Shown: positions 40,240-49,246 of the stretch, piece by piece
Position numbering within the stretch: the stretch's first letter is position 1
How the letters are laid out: each line of letters starts with the position of its first letter
The notes under the pieces: generated by a model
What the model saw: the letters and a program-made list of their open reading frames with translations, nothing else
What the model was told of the DNA's origin: nothing
Database searches by the model: none
Made by a program: the position numbers and the translations under genes
NCBI GenBank assembly: GCA_018968815.1
Contig: JAGWZL010000005.1
Span: forward strand, 323-64,322
DNA length: 64,000 bases
Direction of reading: 5' to 3'
DNA from: Verrucomicrobiota bacterium
GTDB taxonomy: Bacteria; Chlamydiota; Chlamydiia; Chlamydiales; SM23-39

Positions 40240-41250
40240 TTGTCCTCAAAGTGTAATCTATTTACCTCTCGTCTTGGACCCAATGTCAAGGATTGCCGCA
40301 AAACACTGAACAAAGGACGCCTCATGGCTGCTGTGACCAGTGATACCCACTCTTATGAAAAGGCATTGCTAGCTGCTTCTGGAGCAGCTGAACAAGCCTA
40401 TCGAGAAGCATGGGATGGTTTGGACATATACGTCCAAGCACATACGGCCGCAGGCCGTTCCAGGGAATGGAGACCCATATACCCGCAGGCTATCAAAACA
40501 CAAGAAGCGTTTCAGGAACGATATGGCATTTTCCAAGCATGTATTCGTCAGGCTTTCGAATGCTTGCGGCGCAATCCTAACGCTGCACAAGAAGTGTTTC
40601 GGATATTGCAAATCGGTGAATTTTATAACATTTCATTGCACAATCCTGTAGCTAGTATACCGCCGTCTGATCAGATAGACTGCTTTGAGGACGCGCTGCA
40701 ACAGGCTGTGCGCGCGGTGCCTAAAATTTCTGAATACGCAAGGGCTCAGCTGGTCGCCGTGAGCACTGACCATTCGCCCTATGTCGAGAGATTGCTAGCC
40801 GCTTCTTCTGCAGCTGAAGAAAGTTACAAAGCAGCCTCCACGGTTTTGCGCGAATACCCGAGAACTCCCTATTCCCTAACTGTCGTATCGGGTGTATCTG
40901 GCTTTTGCTCTGGTTCATCCATCGAGCTCGCTCATGAAGAACGAGCACGCTTGAAGAAGCGATATGCGGTTTTCCAAGAATGTATTCGCCAAGTTCTGCA
41001 ATACCGCGATCCCACTGCTCAGGATCAAGAGCGCGCGTGGCAGTTATTGAAAATACGTGAATGGTATAGGATTTCGTTGGAAAAGCCTATCCCACAATTT
41101 AGACTGCCAGCTGCTCCAACAGATGGACGCAACTTCGAAGAAGCTCAGCAAGTAGTTCCAGAAATTTCTGAATACGAAAGGACGCAGCTAACGGCGATTG
41201 GCATGATGCAAGCCACTCCCCCACTCCGCTTGGAAAGCAATATCCAATAG
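40240..41250 (+). CDS. Hypothetical protein made of two ~150-aa tandem internal repeats
   Basis: The two halves align: SYEKALLAASGAAEQAY...QERYGIFQACIRQAFECL...FRILQIGEFYNISLHNPV...PKISEYARAQLVAV versus PYVERLLAASSAAEESY...KKRYAVFQECIRQVLQY...WQLLKIREWYRISLEKPI...PEISEYERTQLTAI. The start may be Met at 40324. Confidence 0.55.
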   Translation: MSSKCNLFTSRLGPNVKDCRKTLNKGRLMAAVTSDTHSYEKALLAASGAAEQAYREAWDGLDIYVQAHTAAGRSREWRPIYPQAIKTQEAFQERYGIFQACIRQAFECLRRNPNAAQEVFRILQIGEFYNISLHNPVASIPPSDQIDCFEDALQQAVRAVPKISEYARAQLVAVSTDHSPYVERLLAASSAAEESYKAASTVLREYPRTPYSLTVVSGVSGFCSGSSIELAHEERARLKKRYAVFQECIRQVLQYRDPTAQDQERAWQLLKIREWYRISLEKPIPQFRLPAAPTDGRNFEEAQQVVPEISEYERTQLTAIGMMQATPPLRLESNIQ

Positions 41251-41304
41251 CCACCTTTGGGCGGGCGTGCTAACATCATGCCCAACGTCAACCAGTAAAA
41301 AAAT

Positions 41305-42336
41305 ATGCACTCCACATTCGCAAGCGATAATTTTGCTCCCGTCCACCCAGAAGTCATGGCCGCCATTCAAAAAGCCAATCTAGGCCATGCGATCGCTTAT
41401 GGCGCCGATCCTTGGACAGAGCAATTCAACCAGGTCATCAAAAAAGTCTTTGGCCCTTCAGCAGAAGGGTTTGTCGTGTTCAATGGCACCGCCGCCAACG
41501 TATGTTCCATTCAACAGACGCTCTCTTCTTGGCAAGCCGTGATTTGCTCGACCGCTGCTCATATTGGAACCGATGAATGCGGAGCCCCACAGGCAGCCAC
41601 CGGATGCACATTGCTCACAGCTCCGACAGTGAACGGTAAAATCACCCCAGAAGCATGCTCGGCTTTTTTGCACGGAAACGGCAATCAGCATCATGTGCAG
41701 CCCGGGCTGATCTCCATCACCCAATCTACAGAACTCGGAACGGTTTACACCATCGACGAAATGAAAAAATTAGTCCACTTTGCCCATCAACATCACATGC
41801 TCCTCCACGTCGATGGCGCCCGCTTGTGCAACGCCGCCGCAAGCCTTGGCGTATCCCTTCAAGCGCTGACCAGTGACATTGGAGTCGACATCCTCTCTTT
41901 AGGAGGCACCAAGATGGGATTGATGGGCGCAGAAGCCGTTGTGTTTCTCCAAGCAGGCCTTGCCAAAGATTTCCAATTCGTCCGAAAACAACAGATGCAG
42001 CTCGCCTCCAAAATGCGCTTCTTGTCCGCACAAATGGTGGCTCTCCTGGACGGGGACTTGTGGCTGAGAAACGCCTCCCACGCAAATGCCATGGCAAAAC
42101 TTTTGGAAACAAAATTGCGCACCCACTGCCCCCAATTGCCCATCCTCTATCCCGTCGAAGCCAATGCCCTGTTTGTCCAGCTGCCCTCCATGGACATCTT
42201 GCAACGCCTGCAAAAGAAAAGCTTCTTTTGGATTTGGGACTACGAAAAAGCGGTTGCTCGATGGATGACCTCATGGGACACTGACCCCGCTTTTGTCGAC
42301 ACCTTCATCGCGGAACTCAAATGTCTGATCCGTTGA
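41305..42336 (+). CDS. Threonine aldolase-family PLP enzyme
   Basis: MHSTFASDNFAPVHPEVMAAI... and ...LSLGGTKMG... are present. The size is 343 aa. Confidence 0.75.
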   Translation: MHSTFASDNFAPVHPEVMAAIQKANLGHAIAYGADPWTEQFNQVIKKVFGPSAEGFVVFNGTAANVCSIQQTLSSWQAVICSTAAHIGTDECGAPQAATGCTLLTAPTVNGKITPEACSAFLHGNGNQHHVQPGLISITQSTELGTVYTIDEMKKLVHFAHQHHMLLHVDGARLCNAAASLGVSLQALTSDIGVDILSLGGTKMGLMGAEAVVFLQAGLAKDFQFVRKQQMQLASKMRFLSAQMVALLDGDLWLRNASHANAMAKLLETKLRTHCPQLPILYPVEANALFVQLPSMDILQRLQKKSFFWIWDYEKAVARWMTSWDTDPAFVDTFIAELKCLIR

Positions 42337-42391
42337 TCGCGTTCAAGCAGCGCTTCTCGGTTGTTTCGGTATAATACATACTGCATAGGTG

Positions 42392-43327
42392 TTAATATCC
42401 CGATTGCCTGTCAACCCGATTCAGAAGAGGCTCTCCGACATAAAACCTCCGCAAGTTTTCAACGAAGAGGGGCTCCCATTGCCAAGAAGAGCGTTCGAGG
42501 GAGCGGGCTACATGCGGAGTGATGAGAATGCGTTCCTCTTGCCAAAAGGGGTGGCTCTCCGGAAGGGGTTCTTCTCCAAAAACATCGAGAGCAGCTCCTT
42601 GCAATTGATGGGAGCGGATCTGTTCCAAAAGCGCCTGTTCATCGACAGTTTCTCCTCTACCCACATTGACGAAGTAGGCATGTGGAGGCAGTTTTTGCAA
42701 AATGGGACGAGAGACGATGTGGCGGGTTGCAGCAGTCAGCGGTAGAGCAGCGATGAGTAGATCCATTTTAGGAAGAATAGCGCTCCAAGTCTCTGGCCCA
42801 TACAGAAAGACCCCAGGGGATGCTCTAGGAGTACGCACTGCGGCGTGCACAATCGCTCCTAAGGCCGACAGTTTCCCCCCTATCGCCCGGCCAATGCCTC
42901 CCCATCCAAGGATCAGTACGTGGCTTTGCGCAAGTTTAGGAAGCAAGCAGCGGTGCCAGGTCTTTCGTTGTTGATCATCTCGAAAAAGATGGAGCTGTCT
43001 AAAAAGCGCAAAAATCAGCGCCAGGGTATGTTCTGCGATTTCTTCGTCGTAGACGCCCTTTGCAGAGGTGATTTGCAGCGAGGGGGGAATCTGACCAGAT
43101 TTTAGAATGAGATCGACTCCTGACGATCCCGATTGCATCCATTGCAGCTTTTCGGCAAAGGCAATGGATTGAAGGAAGTATCGATTGCCTAATACGACAT
43201 CCGCTCGTCGAATGTGCGCGCGGGCCATTGCTTCATTGGTCGCGTAAACGATCTCCGCTTGAGGCGCTGCCGCCTGTAGCGCCGCTCGGTGAGCCTCGCT
43301 TGGCTCATACATCAAAAGGATGCGCAT
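42392..43327 (-). CDS. D-isomer-specific 2-hydroxyacid dehydrogenase (NAD-binding)
   Basis: ...ILGWGGIGRAIG..., ...NVGRGETVDEQAL..., ...LDVFGEEPLP..., ...ITPHVA... The start codon abuts the upstream stop. Confidence 0.85.
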   Translation of the reverse strand: MRILLMYEPSEAHRAALQAAAPQAEIVYATNEAMARAHIRRADVVLGNRYFLQSIAFAEKLQWMQSGSSGVDLILKSGQIPPSLQITSAKGVYDEEIAEHTLALIFALFRQLHLFRDDQQRKTWHRCLLPKLAQSHVLILGWGGIGRAIGGKLSALGAIVHAAVRTPRASPGVFLYGPETWSAILPKMDLLIAALPLTAATRHIVSRPILQKLPPHAYFVNVGRGETVDEQALLEQIRSHQLQGAALDVFGEEPLPESHPFWQEERILITPHVARSLERSSWQWEPLFVENLRRFYVGEPLLNRVDRQSGY

Positions 43328-44032
43328 TTACCCCTTCTTGGCCATGAAGATTTGGAATGGAAGACACTTACACCACAGAGCGATTTTCTCCAGGTATTTT
43401 TCGACCGCGAGCGCCCCCTTCAGATCGGTAATAAAAGGGGGAAAAAATCCCGCTCTTTGGAGTTTGCAATCGATCAGTCCCGCTTTTTTCATCGCTGGGA
43501 AAAGAATTGTTGAGCGCATATTGACCATTCCTTTCTCTCCTTGCCAGGTCATTTTCGGAGTGAAAAGGATCTGCAGATAGTAGAGGATGTTGTAGGGATT
43601 GGGTTCAAGAAACAGCAGTCGCCCCCCCTTTTTTAAAAGCCTCGCCGCTCCTTGGAGACTTTTTTCAAGATCAAACATGTGATGCAACGCGAAAAATCCG
43701 ATGGCTGCATCGAATTGTCCGTAGAGAGCAGTGGGCGGGGTGGAAATATCTGCGCAATACACGGGGATGGGCGCGTATGTTTGCAATTGATCCAGCAAAC
43801 CGGACGCGATGTCGAGCCCCTCCACGCGGTATCCTCTTTGGAAGAGGTTGATCGTGTATTTCCCAATCCCGCAGCCAATATCGATAATCCGATCGGTTTT
43901 TGTCAGATGGCCTGCTGCAATCACCCGATCGACTTGCCGACTGATATAGACAGAGGCGCGCGGCTGCATCGTTTTCTTATGGTTCTTTTCAAAGTACTCT
44001 TTTTGATGAACGACATGTTGTTCCGATTGCAT
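43328..44032 (-). CDS. Class I SAM-dependent methyltransferase
   Basis: Motif I is ...IIDIGCGIGKYT...; post-I is ...VEGLDI...; ...LKKGGRLLFLE... is also present. Confidence 0.8.
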   Translation of the reverse strand: MQSEQHVVHQKEYFEKNHKKTMQPRASVYISRQVDRVIAAGHLTKTDRIIDIGCGIGKYTINLFQRGYRVEGLDIASGLLDQLQTYAPIPVYCADISTPPTALYGQFDAAIGFFALHHMFDLEKSLQGAARLLKKGGRLLFLEPNPYNILYYLQILFTPKMTWQGEKGMVNMRSTILFPAMKKAGLIDCKLQRAGFFPPFITDLKGALAVEKYLEKIALWCKCLPFQIFMAKKG

Positions 44033-44034
44033 CG

Positions 44035-45543
44035 CTATCTCTTTGTAAAAATTTGGAAAATTGTATCGAATCCAGGGACACCATCTGTTTTTTGCACCAT
44101 TTGCGATTCGATAAAGGCCTCTAGCTCATAGGGCCTTCTGGTTGTATTCATTTGCCACCAATTCGACCAATAGGGATGATCGCGGATGACTCGCAGCTCT
44201 TGCTCTTGCAAAGCGAGGATCAATTGTTTTTCTCCTCCGCATCCGAGCGCGGGGTGAATGGGTATATCGAAAGGGGTCGGATTCGAAAGGTTGAATAGCA
44301 AATAATAAAAACCTGCGTGCGTACTTAAGAAGAATACCCGTTCGCCGGGCGGCTCAAATTCTCGCCTCATTCTCTGCCAATGGCGATGACACAAACGGTC
44401 CATGACAATGCCCCGAAAATGAGGCACAGAAGAGAGGCGCGTTTTCCCTTGCTGCCATTGCCAAATCGGTTGCGCAAGAAAGAAACCGATGTGCAGTAAA
44501 ACAAACAAGAACGCTCCCGTTGCCAAACGCGCCGGACTCCTCCATTCCAGTTTCGAGTAGCAATACAGAAGAGCGATCACCACAAAAGGGATGGTTACGA
44601 TTTTTTGCGTATGATCCGGTTTGGGATACAGAACGGCAACGGCTCCAATGAGAAAAACAAACAGGGCGTTTCTTTGCATAGGATGTTCCTCTTGGCATCG
44701 GAGGGCGTAGACCCAGCCAAAGACAAGAAGAAAGGGCGCTGCATAGATGAACAGAGAATAGGGATCAAAACGGGGGAAATCTAGGAAATAGGTGTGGTGT
44801 GTGAGAGCAAGGTAGCGCGGTTTATTCCAGATCGCATAGTCCAGAAAACAGTTCCATCCTCCCTGCAAGAAGGTGGGGGCAAAAAGAAGGCCAAGCACCA
44901 GTAGAGAAACCACTATACCGAAACAACCTGAAGAGTCGGGAATTTGGTGAGGAGGCGCATTTTGAGGCAAACTCGACGATGCCAAACCCTTAAAACTTCT
45001 TCGCACCCAACAAACGTGCACCCATAGGCAACATGCGGCAATAGCGCCCACATTTTGTTTCGCGCCCAAGCAAAGAGCTGCGCAAATACTGGCTCCCATC
45101 AGCCATTTTCTTTGAAAACGAACGCTCCATTTCAAAGCCATCCAAAAAACGGCCAGAAAAAGCACTTTGGCCAAGGGATTGTAAGGGGAAAAGCCCCAGT
45201 TTGCCTGCGGATGGGCCAACACAATCAACGCGCCGATCAGCAAGGGCGTTGCATAGCGATCTAATTTTAATTCTTTGAGAATGAGTAAGATTAGAACCGT
45301 TCCTAAAGTGAAATAAAGGGCCAAAACGGCCCGCGCTACCCATAACTCGACTCCCAAAAAAAAACAAAAGAAGGCTGTGACATAGACGGAAAGAGGAGTG
45401 AGTCCACAGTAGATGTCTCGATACAGGACTTCACCGGATACGACTCTCTGCACGACCTGCAGAAACCAAGTTTCATCATCGGTATTGATCTCTTGAAAAA
45501 ACGCATAGAGCCAAGCGATGGAAAAGACAAAAACAGCAACCAT
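44035..45543 (-). CDS. GT-C fold polytopic membrane glycosyltransferase (ArnT/PMT GT39/GT83-like)
   Basis: About 11-12 hydrophobic helices. An acidic motif lies in the first loop right after TM1 (...FFQEINTDDETWF...). A soluble C-terminal domain follows. I chose the start at MVAVFVFSIAWLY; the ORF opens at 45654. Confidence 0.55.
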   Translation of the reverse strand: MVAVFVFSIAWLYAFFQEINTDDETWFLQVVQRVVSGEVLYRDIYCGLTPLSVYVTAFFCFFLGVELWVARAVLALYFTLGTVLILLILKELKLDRYATPLLIGALIVLAHPQANWGFSPYNPLAKVLFLAVFWMALKWSVRFQRKWLMGASICAALCLGAKQNVGAIAACCLWVHVCWVRRSFKGLASSSLPQNAPPHQIPDSSGCFGIVVSLLVLGLLFAPTFLQGGWNCFLDYAIWNKPRYLALTHHTYFLDFPRFDPYSLFIYAAPFLLVFGWVYALRCQEEHPMQRNALFVFLIGAVAVLYPKPDHTQKIVTIPFVVIALLYCYSKLEWRSPARLATGAFLFVLLHIGFFLAQPIWQWQQGKTRLSSVPHFRGIVMDRLCHRHWQRMRREFEPPGERVFFLSTHAGFYYLLFNLSNPTPFDIPIHPALGCGGEKQLILALQEQELRVIRDHPYWSNWWQMNTTRRPYELEAFIESQMVQKTDGVPGFDTIFQIFTKR

Positions 45544-45553
45544 GAACAGTCTC

Positions 45554-46348
45554 TTACGGTTGAACAATGGCTCTCCTCTCAACGCATTGTTGAAGCTCCC
45601 TGTGAGAGGCCAGAAGCTGCTGGAAGCTCTTCTCACGCGAACAGTGGATTGCATGTCGGATTTGACTGACAGCAGAGCCCATATTTTTGCCTGCGGTATC
45701 TTTTAAAAAGGCCCTCCGGAGAAAGCTAAAATGACAATCGAGGCGAACCATTGCATCGACTAACAGTTGACACGGGATCGGATGACCGAGATGGGGAAGG
45801 GTCAGGCCGCCGAATCCAAAAGGGCGGGCAATTTTTGGCCGCAGCGCATCTAACTGGCCGTTGACGAGGGGGGTAAAGATGTGCGGGCTTCGATTCTCTA
45901 CGCATAAGTCGTTCATCCCTAAATACATACGAGATAATGGCAAAGAAGACATCTCCATCGCGCAGTTCACAGCTGCGTTGGTTTCGATCAAAATGCCCAC
46001 TTTGGCCCTGTCTTGGGTCCAATCAAGCGCTTGTTCCACTTCTCTCTTAGTTCTGACCATGGGGATCAGCAGTTCTGCAGCTCCGTGGCTGAGGGCCGCT
46101 TCGATTTCTTGTTTTGTGTCTGCGCTGATTGCATTGATACGGCAAATAATGGGGATGGTTGCGATTTTTGCCACAGCTTTTAAGTCATCTAGAGTGTGGT
46201 GGTTGATTTGAGTATCAAAATTCTTCTGTCTCTCTTCTTTGCCTCGCCATTCCCAATCGACGATGATGGCGTCTATGCCGCAGGAATTGGCTTGGCGGAC
46301 CAAATCGCAATCTACTGTAAACAAACACAATTCAAAGTGAGGGATCAT
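45554..46348 (-). CDS. HpcH/HpaI aldolase / citrate-lyase-beta family protein
   Basis: ...GIDAIIVDWEW..., ...ICRINAIS...EIEAALSHGAAELLIPMVRTKREVEQAL..., ...VGILIETNAAV..., ...YLGMNDLCVE... The start MIPHFEL forms an ATGA overlap with the upstream stop (46345..46348). Confidence 0.65.
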   Translation of the reverse strand: MIPHFELCLFTVDCDLVRQANSCGIDAIIVDWEWRGKEERQKNFDTQINHHTLDDLKAVAKIATIPIICRINAISADTKQEIEAALSHGAAELLIPMVRTKREVEQALDWTQDRAKVGILIETNAAVNCAMEMSSLPLSRMYLGMNDLCVENRSPHIFTPLVNGQLDALRPKIARPFGFGGLTLPHLGHPIPCQLLVDAMVRLDCHFSFLRRAFLKDTAGKNMGSAVSQIRHAIHCSREKSFQQLLASHRELQQCVERRAIVQP

Positions 46349-47154
46349 CGTTTTTTTATCATTGCTAAGAGTGAACTGCCCCAAGGCCATCGGATCCATT
46401 GTCCCAGCCACACTTCGAATCGATTGATCTGCCAAAAGAGTTGATTGAGAAAGCGGGGCACGTTGACTTCTTTGCGGGGGGATATTTTGAACAAACGAGA
46501 GATCACAACCAACGGAAAGAGAAAGAATTGGTAAAATCCAAGATAGACCATTTCGCCTCCAAGCCCATGAGCCAGGATGCGGAGGTCTTTGGGGAGATAT
46601 CTGCGCAGGTGTCCTGCATCGGTGTCTCTTTGGCTCCATAGCTTAGGGAACGCGGGGACAGCGATGAGCAAAACGCCTCCTGGTGCAAGGACGCGAAAGG
46701 CCTCTTGCAGGGGGCGTCTTTCTTCCATATGTTCTAATACGTCCGCGAGGATGACAGCATCGAATTGTCCATCTGGGAAGGGAAGGGCCGCTGCGCTGGC
46801 TCGCAGGAGATGCAGAGAGGGTTTTTGGAGCCACCCCTCTGTTTGCAAATCGATCCCAACAGCCCTGTAGCCGCTGTTGACAAGTTGCTGTACGAGATGC
46901 CCTGTTCCGCAGCCCACATCGAGAACGCGATGATTTTTGTGGGACGCAATAAAGCGGCTTAATCGCTGGAGAATCCATCGGCTTCTGGCTCGACTCCAAA
47001 AATGGAACTGTTCCATGGCGCCTAGTTGTTGGCTCTGTTTTGGACAAAAAGTAGAAGACTCTGCTTCACAAACTGTTGTATGTTTAGCCCCGCAACGACA
47101 AATCACGAAGGGTTGTTTGCACTGCATGCATTTGTCATAGAACGGGTGATTCAT
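46345..47154 (-). CDS. Class I SAM-dependent methyltransferase with N-terminal Cys-rich (Zn-ribbon-like) segment
   Basis: ...CMQCKQPFVICRCG..., motif I ...VLDVGCGTGHLV..., ...FDAVILADVLEHM..., ...LAPGGVLLI... I chose the start at MNHPFYDKC; the ORF opens at 47271. Confidence 0.7.
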   Translation of the reverse strand: MNHPFYDKCMQCKQPFVICRCGAKHTTVCEAESSTFCPKQSQQLGAMEQFHFWSRARSRWILQRLSRFIASHKNHRVLDVGCGTGHLVQQLVNSGYRAVGIDLQTEGWLQKPSLHLLRASAAALPFPDGQFDAVILADVLEHMEERRPLQEAFRVLAPGGVLLIAVPAFPKLWSQRDTDAGHLRRYLPKDLRILAHGLGGEMVYLGFYQFFLFPLVVISRLFKISPRKEVNVPRFLNQLFWQINRFEVWLGQWIRWPWGSSLLAMIKKR

Positions 47155-47157
47155 GCC

Positions 47158-47865
47158 ATGAACGATAATTCTAGAAAAGATTTTCAGCAAGCCGGTTTTG
47201 TCAGTATAGTGATTCCCGTCTACAACAATGCTGAGACGCTTCTGGAGCTTTACGCTGCGCTGACCCATCATTTATGTGGGCATCTTTTTGAAGTTCTGTT
47301 TGTCGATGACGCGTCGCCTGATGATTCGTTCTTGATTCTGCAAGATCTAGCCAGTCGGGACAGCCGAGTGCGGTTCATTCATTTGGTAAAAAACGTGGGG
47401 CAGAATCGGGCGATTTGGCAAGGTTTTGCTGCTTGCAAAGGGGACAAGATTGTGGTCATGGATGCAGATTTGCAAGATCCTCCTGCGGCTGTTTTAGGGT
47501 TGCTGGCAGAATTAGATCGGGGGTGGGATGTGGTTTTTGCGGGGAGAAGAGGAAACTATGAATCTGGTTTTCGTCTTTTCACTTCTAGAGTGTTTAAGTG
47601 GTTGATTCATAAGACGGCAGCAGTTCCACAAGATGCGGGTCTTTTTATGGCCTTGCGTCGCAACGTGCTGAAAAGCATCCCCCGTTCTTCTTATCTTGTG
47701 GGGATGATTGGATTTTCTCATGCGCGCATGTGTTCGATTCCTGTAATCCGCAATCGGCGAGAACGGGGGGTGTCTGCCTATTCTTTTTGGAAGAGATTAC
47801 GTTTAGGTTTGCGTGCGGTGGGGGCAATTTTATGGATCCGCGCCCGAAAAATAAAGCTTGATTGA
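47158..47865 (+). CDS. GT2 polyprenyl-phosphate glycosyltransferase (ArnC/GtrB/DPM1-like)
   Basis: ...VSIVIPVYNNAETL..., ...FVDDASPDDS..., ...VVMDADLQDPP... I chose the start at MNDNSRKDF; the ORF opens at 47026. Confidence 0.8.
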   Translation: MNDNSRKDFQQAGFVSIVIPVYNNAETLLELYAALTHHLCGHLFEVLFVDDASPDDSFLILQDLASRDSRVRFIHLVKNVGQNRAIWQGFAACKGDKIVVMDADLQDPPAAVLGLLAELDRGWDVVFAGRRGNYESGFRLFTSRVFKWLIHKTAAVPQDAGLFMALRRNVLKSIPRSSYLVGMIGFSHARMCSIPVIRNRRERGVSAYSFWKRLRLGLRAVGAILWIRARKIKLD

Positions 47866-47899
47866 TTCATTTTTCTTCACATAAGATCACTGCGTACAT

Positions 47900-49072
47900 A
47901 TGAGCCGTTATTTGCTGAAAGCAGCTATTTTGCTGCAGCTGACTTTAGCGATTTATTTGATTTGTGAAGTACGGGGCCTGAGAAAGAGGTTGTACGCGTT
48001 TCAGAGAAAGACCTTATCGTTTCTCAGACAGCACGAACTTTTAGCTTATGAATTTCAAGCCTTTCTCGAGCAGCGCTTTAAAGTTTTAGAATTTCCCCGA
48101 TCGCTCAAACATCTTCCTCTTGCAGAGGAGCAGGGGATTCTTTTGGCCAGTCGAAAGATTGATATTCCTGGGGTGATCGCTCCTTACAACGCCTCTTTGA
48201 TTGAAGAAGCAGATCATTATCTCCTTTTTTTCCGTTATGATATTCCGGCAATTGGGGATGACGAGGTGCCTTACCATTCTTATATTGGTTGTGTTGAGCT
48301 GAATTCTGATTTTTTGCCGCTATCTCCCTTTACAACGCTGGATACGAAAAGCGCTTTTTCGGAAGATCCGCGTGTGATGAAAGTGGATGGGCAGTATTTC
48401 ATTACTTACAATGAGCTGATGGCTGGCAAACGGACGCGCAGAGAAGTGCGGATGGCAACTGTCGATTCACTGACAAAGCGGATTGAATCCATCACGCGAT
48501 TTGACCGGAGGAAAATGTCTGTGGAAAAAAACTGGATGCCTTTTGTTCCAGATGGGAAAACTCTTCACTTCATCTATACGATTAGGCCGCACGAAGTTTT
48601 GAAGCTGGCATCGCCCCAACACAATGCCCTATTGCAGGTGGGGGTGTGTGATCCAAAATGTGCTCTTTCTTCCTTGGATTGGCCGAAGCAATGGGGGATT
48701 CCCCGAGGGGGCACTCCGCCGCGGCTCGTGGATGGGGAATACCTTTCTTTTTTTCACAGTTCCCTAATTGATGATCGGGGAATTACTTGGTATGTGATGG
48801 GTGCGTATGCCTTTGAGGCTGCAGCGCCCTATCGGATCACCAAAATTTCTCCCCATCCGATCTTGTTTCACGAGATCTATCGAACAGCGCATCAGAATAC
48901 AGCAAACCCCAAGGTGCGTTGTATTTATCCGGCGGGTTTTGTCCTGGAGAGGAGGGAGGGAAAGGATCTCATTCAACTCTCCTGCGGAGAGAATGATTCT
49001 GCTGTGAAGGTTTTGACCATCGATAAAGAGGCGTTGCTCCGCTCTTTAAAGCCTGTCTCATCGGGGATGTGA
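47900..49072 (+). CDS. Type-II-anchored hypothetical protein, beta-rich (possible glycan-processing enzyme)
   Basis: 390 aa with an N-terminal anchor (LLKAAILLQLTLAIYLICEV). ...EDPRVMKVDGQYFITYN..., ...EKNWMPF..., ...PRGGTPP... suggest a beta-propeller/sandwich glycan enzyme. The family is not assigned. Confidence 0.45.
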   Translation: MSRYLLKAAILLQLTLAIYLICEVRGLRKRLYAFQRKTLSFLRQHELLAYEFQAFLEQRFKVLEFPRSLKHLPLAEEQGILLASRKIDIPGVIAPYNASLIEEADHYLLFFRYDIPAIGDDEVPYHSYIGCVELNSDFLPLSPFTTLDTKSAFSEDPRVMKVDGQYFITYNELMAGKRTRREVRMATVDSLTKRIESITRFDRRKMSVEKNWMPFVPDGKTLHFIYTIRPHEVLKLASPQHNALLQVGVCDPKCALSSLDWPKQWGIPRGGTPPRLVDGEYLSFFHSSLIDDRGITWYVMGAYAFEAAAPYRITKISPHPILFHEIYRTAHQNTANPKVRCIYPAGFVLERREGKDLIQLSCGENDSAVKVLTIDKEALLRSLKPVSSGM

Positions 49073-49111
49073 ACTCTATTATTAACCCGCGCCCCAAACA
49101 GGTGATACCCT

Positions 49112-49175
49112 TTATCCGCTAGACGCGACAACACTCGGCCGTTCACGGCCGAGTGTTGTCGCGTCTAGCGGATAA
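49112..49175. repeat. Perfect 30-bp-stem / 4-nt-loop palindrome (terminator/insulator-like, no U-tract)
   Basis: ttatccgctagacgcgacaacactcggccg-ttca-cggccgagtgttgtcgcgtctagcggataa. I checked it base by base. Confidence 0.9.
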
Positions 49176-49246
49176 AATCGGGAAAATAAACTTCCCGACT
49201 GCTTTCCTCTTGTCAATTTGGCTGAGGCCGTGTATTTACCCCATTT

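Noticed and set aside
46349-46639. N-terminal 97-codon extension of the HpcH-like ORF (ORF track 45554..46639)
   Set aside because: It overlaps the upstream methyltransferase gene. The Met at 46348 forms an ATGA stop-start overlap and matches the start of the aldolase-family domain.
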